A stretch of 64,000 nucleotides of DNA from Lytechinus pictus. Lineage: Eukaryota. This document shows, in pieces, positions 50,401 to 63,143 of this stretch. A program made the position numbers and the translations under genes. The notes below the pieces were generated by a model. It was not told the DNA's origin and searched no databases. It saw nothing but the letters and a program-made list of their open reading frames with translations. The first letter of the stretch is position 1. The number at the start of each line of letters is the position of its first letter. The DNA is taken from positions 18,044,001-18,108,000 of the forward strand of contig NC_087251.1 of NCBI RefSeq assembly GCF_037042905.1. Reading direction: 5' to 3'.

Positions 50401-53400
50401 TTGGACCTTGATGATATATAGTCGACAATATTTTAGCTGATGGTCTTTTCATTTCATTTTTATCTGTTTTACCCTTGCATTGTAGTTCAGTTTATAACAA
50501 AACACAAACCTTGCAAGTGACAGTTCCATAAAGTTGGTAGACATCGTCAATATCCGGTCTGTTGTACAGTACTGCACGTATCTGCTCTGTTATGGCAAAG
50601 TGAATCTGAGGTTTGGTTTTAGGAACCACTGGACGCCATGCAGGTTGCTAAAAAGTTTCAAAAAAATATTATGAGGATTCTGGCTGTATTACTAATATCT
50701 CTCCATCCCCAAAACCCTCCCATCCTTATCTTTGTCTTGTTCCTCTCTTCATATATTATCTTCTCTCCTCTATAGTCACATGTATATCAACATTCAACCT
50801 TATATTGCTCAATCAATTCATAATCTTTTTCAATTTCAGCCTATTAGTATCCCCAATTAAAAATTCAAATGAAAATTATGTTCTTTTTACAAAATCTTTA
50901 TTACAATTGAATTTGATGATAAGATCCACAATATGCAAATAAATGATTTTCTAATTTTTATCAAAATATCATGTCTTCTATATAACACAATAAATAATTC
51001 TTATTTAAATAAAAATATAACAGAAATATTGGTCATGACGCTATACCTTTGTGTGAGCAGAAATTGACTGTGAGTTGATGAGACCGCTGATGGTAGATTT
51101 CACTGTGGTTGGATTTGAATCGACGACTGATCCAAAGGGCGCTGCTTGTGATAGGTAGCAGTATAGCTCCTGAACTTTAGGATGTAACTATAAAATGAAT
51201 TCACAAAAAGATTAATATCAGATTACAAACCTGTGGTCAATAGACCAGTCCATGGTAATTTCATTACACTGCACTTGTCAAAATCATATACTCAATATTC
51301 ATTAACCATTCTTTAGACAATTCACTGTAACAGGCAATGTTCGTCACCCAGAATGGAATCTAATTTCATGAATGACAGGCCACTGGCATAGATATGAGCA
51401 GTAAAACTATCATCCTCCACTTGGATGTTGTAATGTCATAGATCTACACCCATGCACACTCAGTAATGCTCTGTTCATTGTACTTAATGCCTCACATAAT
51501 GAAGCTATTATCTTAGTTTATCTGGCTAACAATACCTAGAGCAAGCCAATTTAACCACATCTTTAAGAATGTAGCATTAATTCAGGTATTCCCAATGCTT
51601 TTTCACAAAATCTAGTGTCAGTATTATAGTTGACTTTATAACAACCCTAAATTCTAACTTCTAAGTCCTATACAGCTATATTTCGGATGAATATATTGAA
51701 TCCAAATGCATTATTGGGTTCAATACATTAACTTCTAAAATACTAGTATACCAATTACTATATCGTTTGCGAAAAAGAAATGTCAGAGATAAAATAATGT
51801 CTTTGCAATGAATAAGATTAGAAAAACAAAAGTAAAAGGGTTAAATCTTAATTGTATCATGTATGAAATACTTGTAAGAGTCAAGAGAACACACATTTAG
51901 AAATTACAAGTGGAATTATGGGATTTTACCTCATTCACATTCCTTGGAAGAGCCCCTACTACTTCTGCCATTTGGAATAGGAGAGAAAATCCCATAGATA
52001 CACCAGGGCTAAGACAATGAGAAATAAAAATGTAAGGAAATATATAATACTTAAAGGTGTGGAAAAGTAGTGGTAATGGCAAATAAATCTTGTTGAAAAT
52101 GGTAAACTAAAATATGTTAACACTTACGCAAATAGGCTTATGATTATTGATATATCACATCTCCTTAATAGTAATAACGTATATTGTCACAATACAACAG
52201 AGCTAATTGGAAATACAAAATATGACTTTCTTCAAAGATCAGGAATATATTTGGAAAGTTCATTTGGCACGGCGTAGTAAAGTTGTTTTATAGCATCACA
52301 GCTAGATAACAGATTAAAGCATTGTAAAGGTGGTCTTATGTACAACATATATGAAAGTTGCAGAATTGGTAGTCAAAGCATTATCTTATGATAAAAAGAA
52401 CTCACATATCAATGAGAGGTGGTCTGGATGATGAAGTCAATTCAACCACAGGCAGGCAAATGTATAATAATCCAAACTATTAAGAAATGGCAAATGGATT
52501 ACATCAGTACAATGAAATATGACATCAATAAATATGTTTCTCCTCTCTTCAAATATAGGCCTACATGTAGTCTATGGTGATAAATAAATTTTTTCATATT
52601 TTCATGGATTTTTTACGAATCAAAAAGCCTATAGATCTCTAATCTTGAAGGAAAATCATGGAAAGGTATTTTTTTTCATAAATTACCTTTAAATAAAGAA
52701 AATCATAGTCAAATGTAATAGAAAACACATAAACACAGGATATCAATTAGACAAATTAAAAAGCACATTTCCAACACATTAAATTCAAACATAATATGAT
52801 ATTGAATAAGTTCGGCAGTATTTCATTTAATTTTGATAATTTCTCAATGAATAGCAAAATTAAATTTGAGTATGCTTCTATGAAACAAGCAGACAAAGCA
52901 GCATTACAGATTGTGAAAGGAGTCACAGATTAAGCAGAAGCAAGGGGAATGGTAAAAGAGTGCTCAAGTGAGGGGGAGGAGAAGAGGGGAGAGGAGCTTG
53001 ATACAAATTGAAACAGGAAAGGATGAGAGTGAAAACATGGCAAAGTTTTACTCTTTATCAAAATGAATTATTTCCCCTTTATTAGTGGATTTATTCTTAC
53101 CTTTTCTATCATGATAACAGGCCATAACTTCCCTTCTTTGACAGTGAGCTCAAAGATTGGTTTCTGATATACCATGTCACAGCTATCCCTGGAATCTATA
53201 AACTGTTGGATTAATAGATAGAAGTGTAAAAAAGTAATACATCCAAATATGGAAACTCTGTTAATACAAGGTGTTCTAGGGAAAGTATCATTAAAACATA
53301 AATGCACTGCATTATCATTGTTTTGATTAAGGGGGGGGGGAGACACCAGACACATTAATTTCTTGATGTGTATTCGAGAAAGTTGACTAATTCCAGTGGT

Positions 53401-55238
53401 CGATATTTACCATGAAGACATTAATCCTTGAATTTATATCATACTTTGGAATCCTTGGATACTGTAAATTTATCTAAAACTACATTTTTTAAATTCAATA
53501 AAATATATATATGCATGATTGTTTTAAAAAGATGGATTAATATTCTTATACAAAACATAATATCTGAGGTGTGACAAAAATCCAATATTAAAAATTTCAA
53601 ATGTTTGCGAGAATGAATAAAAAAAAGATTAACATTTTTATAGATTATACTGTAGTTTCTTAAAAATATGGATGCAAGGTTTTGACTCCCCTGTGAAGGT
53701 ATATTTCCATTTTAAATACCTAGTATTACCAACATAACATTATTATTCCACCTTACTTGGATGATTACCTTGTGGGAAGGATGCTGCAGCCCAAGCTCAT
53801 CAATGACAGCTTTGTAGATCTCTATTTCATTTGGGATCTTCACATAGTCATTCCTATCAGCACCTTCTCCATAGATCTTTGCTCTTTTCTCTACAGTTGG
53901 GTATGTCCTGTCAGTTTGCATGAAGATTGCATGATGGTTTTTTTTTTTAAGTATAAAATCCGAGGTAATAAAATGATATTTCAAGCATGAAAACATTTTT
54001 TTTAAACATTGCTGTTGCATTAAACATTGAACAATGATTTCATTTTACATAAGACTGCCAAATGTTGATCACACACAAAAAAAAAATTCAGGTAAAAAAT
54101 ACACCCACACCTATAAACGCAAATGAAATAGGAGTAAAATATCTCTCAGATCTGTTATTTGAATTTGATCATGATGATCAACTTTATTGCTTAGCTTTGT
54201 TATCTCATCAAAAATTTGTATTGAAAAAAATATATATATGTATATCTTTCATTTTTCAAATACAAAGGGCATTAAAAATTTTCTTGGATTTCATCCATGT
54301 CAAATCTGGAACATGAAACTGTTTTTTTTTCTTTCTTATAGGGTCGACTCATATAAAGGGCCATGGAATAGTTTTGAAAGGGAAGGGGGGGCTGACCACA
54401 TAGAAAATCACAATTAAACCCCTACCCTCAGTTCCTGATAGATATAAACAGGTAATTATTACTATACACTTAGCATCCTCCCTCTCTCTCCCCAGACAGA
54501 GTCACTGCAATTTCTCTGAGAAATACGACATTTTATTCAGATTTTATATCTGGAATCATTTAAAATCAGACATCAATATAATAGTAGGCCTACTAAAAAG
54601 GTTTGTGGTTCAAACTGCTGTCAGACAATCCCCAATTATTATGTCTATAGGCAGAGCCTTTGCCTATTAATATTTTAATAATTGTCATTGTCTGACATTA
54701 CTTCCAAACAATATTGCCAACAGCCAAGTTCTTGTAATTGCCGTCTTTAATTCAGGCCAAAATTCTTTTCGGTATTAGAATACCTACATGGGTATAAAAA
54801 AATTCTTCTCGATTAGCAATGACTCGTATAATCATGATATGTCATTCATTGACAAACTACCTCATCTAAAGTTGTTGTTATTTTGAATAGGCAAACTAGT
54901 CAGTTTTGACTATTGTTGCCTTGTTAATCTGCTTTCCTTTTTTTTCCAAATCAGAATAATTTCTTTGTTGAATCTATATTCTTGTAGTTCTACTTCTTCT
55001 AATCTAGTACCATAATTATAACAACAGTGAGCTGTAAGTTAGTAAGTTACAGCTCACTGTTTTTATAGTTATGGTACTAGATAAGTAGAACTACAATTCA
55101 GTTGAGCCTGAGGCTGAAAAATGTCAATGATTGGATAATCTAGTGTAACATAGTAAAAACAATTTACAACCTTGAAAATAGGACTGAAGAAGGTCCATTG
55201 CCTGGCAATGGTATTACCCATATTGCTCGGAGGGCCAT
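47442..55238 (-). CDS. AP5M1: AP-5 complex subunit mu-1 (MuD/MUDENG), 12 coding exons, ~570 aa
   Basis: Phase-consistent GT-AG exons: 55238-55171 (MALRAIWVI..VLFSR), 53907-53769 (TYPTVEKRAK..), 53202-53101 (FIDSRDSC..LWPV), 52476-52406 (..RPPLID), 52008-51930, 51187-51047 (QAAPFGS), 50647-50510 (QPAW..GTVTCK), 49925-49799 (ADLEGAMPEV..IHPCV), 49260-48804 (..IPFFNR), 48602-48398 (WNLGQKLP), 48037-47941 (DYTHSGC), 47530-47442 (YKVWNSQG..*). Motifs are colinear with AP5M1 as I recall it. Confidence 0.93.
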
Positions 55239-55676
55239 GCCGTTGATTCTTATTAAATTTCAGTCTTTGAAATGAATTGTACACTCCCTCCTTGACAATG
55301 GGTATGAATCAATCGCTTTTGATACATGGATGTGAGTACGTGGGACCAAGCTTCAGATTGATATCACCGACAGTCAGAGACTTTGTTTACAATGCATTGC
55401 TCCGCCTCCGCTCTCAGCTCTGTGTATCGTGCATGCACTACGTGTGCCAAGCTAGCTCAACACGTGTGCATTGTCACTTCCGGGTTCAGGGGAGAACAAT
55501 ATTATCAGGAATTAGATCATTATGGTGACGCTAATACTCTCCATCCTTGCTATTTTTATGGTGTTTATTGTCTGTACCGTCATCTGGGCAGTATGTAGAT
55601 CCATGGAGCCAACTAAGCATAAGGTTTAAAGTAAAAAAATACCCAAAGATCAGGACGGAGTACTCCACAACCAGCG
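55239..55676. promoter_or_regulatory. Bidirectional promoter / 5' UTR region between AP5M1 (-) and SELENON (+)
   Basis: Divergent ATGs only 438 bp apart. Locally CpG-rich, with an ETS-type ACTTCCGG (~55476), an E-box CACGTG (~55462) and GTGCATGCAC. Confidence 0.7.
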
Positions 55677-56060
55677 ATGCCGTCGAAAGATCGAAAAAAG
55701 CCGCCACATCGGGGCGGTGAAGGACGATCACCCATCAGCTCTGGGGGCACTGGCTCTGTTGATTCTGCTACCCAAACCACTGATCAATACCCTCCGACCT
55801 TTAGACGTTCTAAACGGGGAAGATGCCGGTGGAAAGGACTGACGTTTCTGTCCATTTTGGTGGCCGTGGCTGCTGTGCTTGCTGGCAACTTCGCAAACAG
55901 AATATTGATGGAGAAATTTGTGATGGAGGAAATGAAGCTTACCATTGGGGAGGAAGGAGTTAGCATCTTCAATGCTTATGATAGAGATGGTGATGGCCAT
56001 CTAAATGTTATTGAATTTGAACCTCTCTTGGAAAGACTGAATATTGAAGACAGCACAGAG
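55677..56060 (+). CDS. SELENON: Selenoprotein N, coding exon 1 (basic N-tail, signal-anchor TM, EF-hand); no later exon identified in the window
   Basis: Basic RRSKRGR stretch, hydrophobic LTFLSILVAVAAVLAG, then LTIGEEGVSIFNAYDRDGDGHLNVIEFEPLLERL, which matches SELENON [34 protein letters not shown]. Donor GAG|GTATTC at 56060/61. The Sec codon and SECIS are not visible here. Confidence 0.85.
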
Positions 56061-56101
56061 GTATTCCAATTCCAACTTTCATAATTATAGTCATGAAATG
56101 T

Positions 56102-56110
56102 TGATGAATG

Positions 56111-56142
<32 letters not shown>

Positions 56143-56194
56143 GATGGTGATGGTGATGATGATGATGGTTATGATGATTGGTGATGATGATGAT
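56102..56194 (+). repeat. (GAT/GGT)n microsatellite at the start of SELENON intron 1
   Basis: Direct reading of the sequence. Confidence 0.9.
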
Positions 56195-59100
56195 GCACGA
56201 TGTCTGGAAAATTATTGTGTTGTACGTATTTGAACTCTGTCGACCAATTTTGTTTCTTTTTCATTATTTAGCAAATTTTGTTAAAGCGTTGGTTTGATTT
56301 CTATTACATAATACATATGTAAAGTGCATGGCCTGTGCATGGCTAACCATAATACTACATTGTAGATCTGCCCTTTTCAGTCTTTTATGAAAACATAATG
56401 TTCATAAGAAGACTGAAGAGTTGGTTGTAATATTAAATAGATAAGAGGGGAAGAAATTTGATACTGATACTGTATTAAATGTTACACTTTTCTGAATTTT
56501 TCACTTGAAGGATTCCTGATTTTTTTTCTTCCATTTTTACTTAAGTTTTATTTTTAATATATGCAAGTCTTTTTTTATAGAATCCAATGCCTTCTAAAAT
56601 AATTTGCTTTTTGTAGTTTTATCATTGACAAGCATTTTCTTAACTTCCATTTCAAGGAGAAGTCCAGGCCGAAAATTCTATCTTAATAGAGTAAAATTCA
56701 ATGAGCAAAATACTGAAATTTCATGAAAATCTGATGGAAAATAATAAGGTTATTAAATTTCAAACGTTAGAAAGTTCTGCAAAAACAGTTATATACATGC
56801 CATCATGAAGTGGGCTGATGCCACTGTCCCCATTTTCCCTTTTATTTTTTATCATGAAGAAAGTTATTTCATATACATGCAAGTATATAAAACATGTATC
56901 CCTTGTAATAAAATAGGTTTCAGCAATGATTGTCTTGAGTATCATAAAGTTTACCTACTTTTACATAGGCCGCCTCCATGTGCTCGGTACATAAAGTATG
57001 GTCTCAAAATAATAATGAAAAAAACACAATTTGAAAGACATCGTTTGTTATAAATGAATTAGCTGAGGCCTGAGGATGTGTTTAAAGTATACATCCAAAG
57101 AATCAAAAGTATTTTATAATGACTTTATGTGATCATCATTGTAAAGGGGAAGTATTACTAATCAGATATATAACTTCACTTTTCAAAATAGTGATCAGAG
57201 ATTGCAGAAATCAGCTCTCAAAAATGATTTATTTTCATGCCATATTTCTGCCTTCCACCGGTCCTCTTGCGAGCTCCAGCTGAGTGACGTCACACAATGA
57301 GCAGTGAGCAGCTGAGCTGACAGCAGCCCATTGGAGACGATCTTTCCAATCAGCGTTTTTTGCTCTTAGAATTGTTTATTCCTCTTAAGATTGGTCTTGT
57401 TATATAGATAAAAGTTTGAATTTACTGAACAGTGAAAAAAAGTGCACATTTAACGTATTTTGGTGACCGATATTTAGCTTAGATTTTTTTTTTTTTTTCA
57501 AGAAATATAGGTGAATAAACAAAGCATATTTTCACGTAGAAATCACACTTGCGTCACATTAATGTTATAGTCAATATAAAGCATAGACATTCTTCTTTAT
57601 GACTGAACAAAAATTATGAAATTTCATTAAGTAGCAAAGTCAGGAATCAAAAAAAAAACACGGCAATATCCATCGCGAAATGACTGAAATTGCAGTTGAA
57701 TTGCCGAAGCATTATTAGGAAACAGCGGCGAGCGGACTCTCTTTCATATATCTTAAAAATGCCTTCCTGTTAGGGCGATGGTCTGTGGCCAAATGCGTTG
57801 GCCATTGTTTTGTCATGTGCGAGGACCCTGGTTCGAAACTCGGATTTTTTTTTTCTGGGTATTTTTTTTTTATTCCTTCCCCGTCCCTACCCATCTTTTT
57901 TTTCTCTTTTTATTTTCTTGTGAAATTCTATTCAGACCTGTATTTATCAAATCTTGCTTCTTAATTGCTGCTTTTGATTTTCAAGTTCTTGATTAGATTA
58001 TTTCTACTCTTATTCGGGATGGGAGGGGTAGAGTTAAAAGTCAAGTCCACATCAACTAAAAATTATTTGAATAGAGTGATTTCCCTTGTTGTTTTTACTC
58101 AAAACAGTCATATACACAAAACAATGATATGCAAATTAGAGTTGTCACTCACATCACATTCGTTTCTATTTTTTGTGGCATTTTGTTTTTTATTCTTTGC
58201 AGATTTGACGATAGGAAACTCTTCATCTGATCACAATAGGTTATATTTACGGAACTGTTAAAATAGTAATTATATAAATTTGAATCAAAGTTTTTATGAA
58301 ATTTCCTGCAATATCTTGTTATTTTTCTTTAAATTCAAATGAATTTTTGATTGCGTGGACTTCTCCTTTACTCTTAATGTAGGGAATGCATAGCAAAATT
58401 TATCCAGAAACAAAATTGTCTTAGAATATGCAAATCAGTAATTGGACACATGTTCACTTTTCTTTCATCCAGGCCACTTCCTCACATCCACCAGGCTTTC
58501 AGTCTGATGATGAACCATCACACAACATTCACAGTGCTTCACAATAAATATTTCACTTCTGTTCATACATGCAATAAATATTGTGGAAAACAAATAAAAG
58601 GCGTACCCATATTCAAATACCGTGTAAAAGGACAAATATATTATACCTTTCGAGAAAAATCAGCACGTTAAATATCTGATAACAAAACATAATTATGGGG
58701 CACTGCAAGAAACTTATGTTCAATTGCAAATCAAGCGTAAGTCTTAAATTCAAATTCAAGCGTAATAAGGTCGAGTTGCAATCGCAATTCAACTACATGT
58801 TTAATCAAAGGACTTTCCCTTGATTTGGGACGTGTGATTGAGTATAACATTTCTCGCAAAATGCCCTAGTAACATTAAAATTGTTCTTTCGTTTTAAATT
58901 GTGTGTTATTATTTTTGACAAGCTGTATTCCTGTCCGAGTAAAATTTCTTAGTTCTCTCCAAAACTGTGCTCAAAATTGTTTCCAAGATTGATAAAGAAA
59001 TTTTTTCTTTTGTATCATTATCATTCCACAACTTGCAAACCGTAGGTCCTGGAAAGAGTGAAGAAAAAAATGGCTATATCCAAATCATAGTAAAAGGACA

Positions 59101-59335
59101 TGATGGAATCTCCCAGATTGAGGTAGCAAGCAGAGACCAGAAGTCACCAGAGTTAGCAATTGTGCAGATCTGTGTGTAGAAGAGAGAAAAAAAGAAATAG
59201 TTTAAATAATCAAATCAAAGTATGAATTTAATTATCGTGATGATTGATGACGTGCGGTGGCATGTAATTCCCGGTCAACAACAAATGATAGTAGGTTTAG
59301 ACACCTGAAAAGTTCCACTCAGAACACTGGTGCTC

Positions 59336-59492
59336 TACCTCAAGTGATGTTTGTGTAGGCCCCACTCCACTTCACTACCGCTACACTACCGTACATGTAC
59401 GCCACACCTACCCGGGTAAGTGTGTAGCGTAGTGTAGGCTGTAGCAGTACTCCAGTAGTGAAGTGGAGACTACACGAACATCACTTGAGGTA
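59336..59492. mobile_element. Short MITE with an 8-bp TSD (hAT-like)
   Basis: TGGTGCTC|TACCTCAAGTGATGTT ... AACATCACTTGAGGTA|CGGTGCTC (7/8 TSD match). Confidence 0.7.
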
Positions 59493-59615
59493 CGGTGCTC
59501 TCTGAGTCTCTGTGTCATTACAAAGATTGCATTTATCTTCATTGTTGAAGGCATTACGCATACATATATGCAGCAACACTCTAATCAGAAAGAAACACCA
59601 GACTCTAATTTTGGC

Positions 59616-60233
59616 CCACCCAAGGGTTCATTACATGCCGCCGCGCACAGAAAATTCAAGCAATAGAAGTCGTGGACCCAAGAAGTGAGATCCCAGCACG
59701 CGCGACCCACTAGTTAGAAATCCACTGCCAAACGCGGTTCGTGGTTAGTATACTAATACTAACCTCGCAATACGTACTAGTAGTATACTATTATACTAAC
59801 CTCGCAATACGTGTGAGTGATTTTGGCCAGGAATCAGGGTAATCACTGCTGAAAATTTGTCTGGCTTCATGACATCGGCATCATGGTGATATAATTCTGT
59901 GTATAATAAAAACTTAAACATTCCTCTGAAACAGCAGATTTTCAGCCATGGTCCATACCACTCAGTGCTCCTAAATAATTTAATTGCCTGCCTGAGTCCT
60001 GACCAGTTTTAGAAATCTGAAGAAAAAATCTGCTGGAATTGTGCCACTCACACGTATTAAGTATACTAACCCCGCACCACGAACCGCGTTTGGCAGTGGA
60101 TTTCTAACTAGTGGGTCGCGCGTGCTTAGCCTGGAGGCGTCTGGGATCTCACTTCTTGGGTCCACAACACACGACTTCTATGGCTTGATTTTTCTGTGCG
60201 TGGCGGCATGTAATGAACCCTTGCCTTGGGTGG
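59616..60233. mobile_element. Element with ~150-200-bp imperfect inverted arms
   Basis: CAAGGGTTCATTACATGCCGCC..GACCCACTAGTTAGAAATCCACTGCCAAACGCGGTTCGTGG is mirrored at ~60077-60223. Confidence 0.75.
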
Positions 60234-60983
60234 AATTGTACAAAAACATTTCCTATTTCTAAAATAAAAACTTTTTAATTTTAATAGTAGTTATGCCAAA
60301 ATGCATGATTCTAAACTTATATCAGATCTGTATCTGTCATCTGACCTGAATGCATCGTCAGAACAAGTACAGTTTCCAAACATGCTTACCTTGACTTTTG
60401 ACTGGATCAAACAGCGTAGCCTGCAACATGCATCGGGAGCAAGTGAATGGGACCGTGCAGCTTGGAGTTTTTCAATAGTTAGTAGAGCAACACAACGAAG
60501 ACTGTCGAGTGGACAAAATCGATCTTTCCAGTTCACAATTCCATAAAAAACGGGCAAAATAACACAGTTCTGGTTCCCTTATAGTCTGAAGTTGTCGAAA
60601 ACAGAATTCGGATGTCACATTACATGAAGAAAACGGAAAATTCGGAAGATATTGAAGAGGTCAGTAAGGTGATTCAGTGTATTATGCACAGAGGGATGAT
60701 GAGCTCGATTATTGTGTGACGTCATTATTCTCGACTGTTTTCACTGCGTGAACTGTCGGTCTGGGGGGCGGCTGGGGGGCTTAGAATGGTCTCTAATAAT
60801 TTCATTTCTTGCATTTCCACGACATCGATAAGACTTTTTAGTGACATATTTGTGTATAAAAAGACAAGACCTTTCCATTCATATATAATTTGTCTATAAT
60901 CATCACTTTCGTGAATTTTCTTTGTGTGTATACTTTAAAGATATTCCACTCAACCAAACTACATGTATCAAGTCTTACACCAG

Positions 60984-63143
60984 GGGTGGTATTCTGAAAA
61001 CGTTCTTATCTTTGTTCTTATCTTTGTTCTTATCTTTTATCTTATCTTTTATCTTATCTCATTGAGATAAGAAGACGCTAAAATCATTGCAAATCGGTAT
61101 TCTGAAAATTTTCTTAACGCGTTCTTATCTCTGTAAAGACTGCCCCCTTCTAATCTTCAATACGCCCATTTTTAAGATATTACCAATCAAAATGCGCTTT
61201 ATATTGGCAGTTTAACCAATAGAAGTGTTCCTTATGTCAAGAGAATATCATGGGCACTGCGCGTACACTGTTTCTGGCGCATTGCGGGAAATAGACATTT
61301 TTATACGCAATGACTGATTATTATTTCGAGACACGTGCACAAAATAAAGAAAGAAATTAAAGAAAAAAAGTAAATAAAGCAGGTACGAATAAAGAATTAA
61401 ACAGGAAGAAAAGAAAGTAAGTAGGTAAGAAAGGAGACAGAAAATGGTCAGAATGAATCAGAAATAAATAAAAAAGATGACAGGAACAAAGCAGAAAATA
61501 ATGAAAGAAAGAGTAAATGAAAGAAAGCAAGCAAAAAGAATTTAAGAGAAAATCAAAAATTAAAAGAAAGAAAAAAGAATGAATAAAAGAAATAAAAAGG
61601 AGGAGAAAGAGAATGATTATCAATGATAAAGTGAGCAATAAAAAATGAAGGTAAAAATAAAGAAAGAAAATGAAAGAAAGAAACTTAAAGGGAAAAAACG
61701 GAAAAGGACAAAATAAAAAGATTAAAAAGGATAAAATGAAGGAATAAAGAACAGAAAAAAAACGAAAAATGAGCGAAAGAAAGTGAAAATGAAAGAAAGA
61801 GAAAAGGAAGGAATAAAAAATGTAAAAAGTGAAGGAAGAGAGAAAAAAGGAAAATGAAAAAAAAAAAGAGAGAGAGAGAGAAATACAGGAAAATATAAGA
61901 GAGAAAAGATGAAAGAGAAATTAAAACAAAAATAAAGACTAAAGAAAGATAAATCGAAAAAGAAAGGTAAATTCAAAGAAAGAAAGAAAAAGAACGAAAA
62001 GGGAAAATAAAAAGGCAGGGAAAATAAAAAGGCAGGAAAAATGAAGAATGAATGAAAAAAAAACGAAAAACATTCATGGAAAGAATAAAGAAAAAGATTT
62101 TTATAAATTAATAGAAGAAAGACAGAGAGAAAAAAGAAAATAAAGAAAGAGAGTAAATCAAGAACGAACGGAAAAGAATGAGCGAAAGAAAGAAAAAAAA
62201 AGAAATAAAGAAAGTAAAAAGAGACACAAAAGTGTCAGAAAGCAGAAATTTAAAAAAATGAGAGCGAACGAACGAACGAACAAAAAAAAGAACAAAATTG
62301 AAAATAAACAAAACAAAGAAAAATAAGGGAGGAAATTTGAAATTTAAGGGCAGGAAGAAAGAAAGAAAAAAGGAAAAAACAAATATAAAGACGAAAGAAT
62401 GAATGAAAGAAAGAAAAATAAGGAAGAAATAAAAATATTGCAAAAAATAAATTGAAGGTAGACAGAACAAGAAAAAAAAGAGAAATGGAAAGAAAGAGAG
62501 AAAAAAGGGAAATAAAAAAGCAGAAATAAAGACTTAGTAAAGAAAAAAAAGGAAAATGGAAAATAAAAAAGGAAGAAACATGAAGAATAAATGAAACAAA
62601 GGAAAAGAAAAATAAAGAAGAAATTTAAAGATTAAAAAGAATAAAACAAAACAAACCGGATAATGAAAGGAAGGAAGACAGACAGACAGATAGAAAAGAA
62701 GAAAAAGAGAACATAAATATATAAATTTAAAAAAAGGATAGAATAAGAGACGGGCAAAATAAAGGGTGAATTAAAGAAAGGGTGCATGGGAGAAATACCG
62801 GTTACTACCAGTGTCCATCTATTTTTTAGCAAGAAAGAACGCGGACATCATGAGATGTGATAACCCTCTCGCTATCTTAAATATTATCATAAATATCGTA
62901 AGAAGATAAGAAAGATAAAAGATAAGAACGTTTTCAGAATACCACTTATCTTGATTTTGTTCTTATCTTTTTAGCGCGCTTTTGTATATGCACGAGTTAT
63001 AAATTTACGCGCTCAGCATAGGATGGAAAGCAAGATAAGAACAAAAGATAAGAAAAAGATAAGAACGTTTTCGGAATACCAATTTGAGAACGTGACGTAG
63101 ATAAGAACAAAATTAAGATAAGAACGTTTTCAGAATACCGCCC
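60984..63143. mobile_element. Harbinger-like non-autonomous element (CAG TSD) with a purine-rich low-complexity core
   Basis: CAG|GGGTGGTATTCTGAAAACGTTCTTATC ... GATAAGAACGTTTTCAGAATACCGCCC|CAG; repeated CTTATC/GATAAG subterminal motifs; A/G-rich tract at ~61340-62780. Confidence 0.85.

Noticed and set aside
11792..56060. Functional cluster of Rab32-like, ATP5S, AP5M1 and SELENON as a new system
   Set aside because: These are unrelated housekeeping genes on alternating strands. The shared endolysosomal theme of the Rab and AP-5 is not evidence of co-regulation.
57773..57845. tRNA-like sequence with a GGTTCGAAAC B box and a possible GTC anticodon loop
   Set aside because: The acceptor and D stems do not pair convincingly; at most a decayed tRNA-derived repeat. 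tRNAscan-SE would settle it.
61357..62832. Phe/Leu/Ser-rich minus-strand ORFs resembling membrane proteins (also 25337-25537 and 27655-27912)
   Set aside because: They are translations of low-complexity purine/pyrimidine tracts, with no recognisable domain or splice support.
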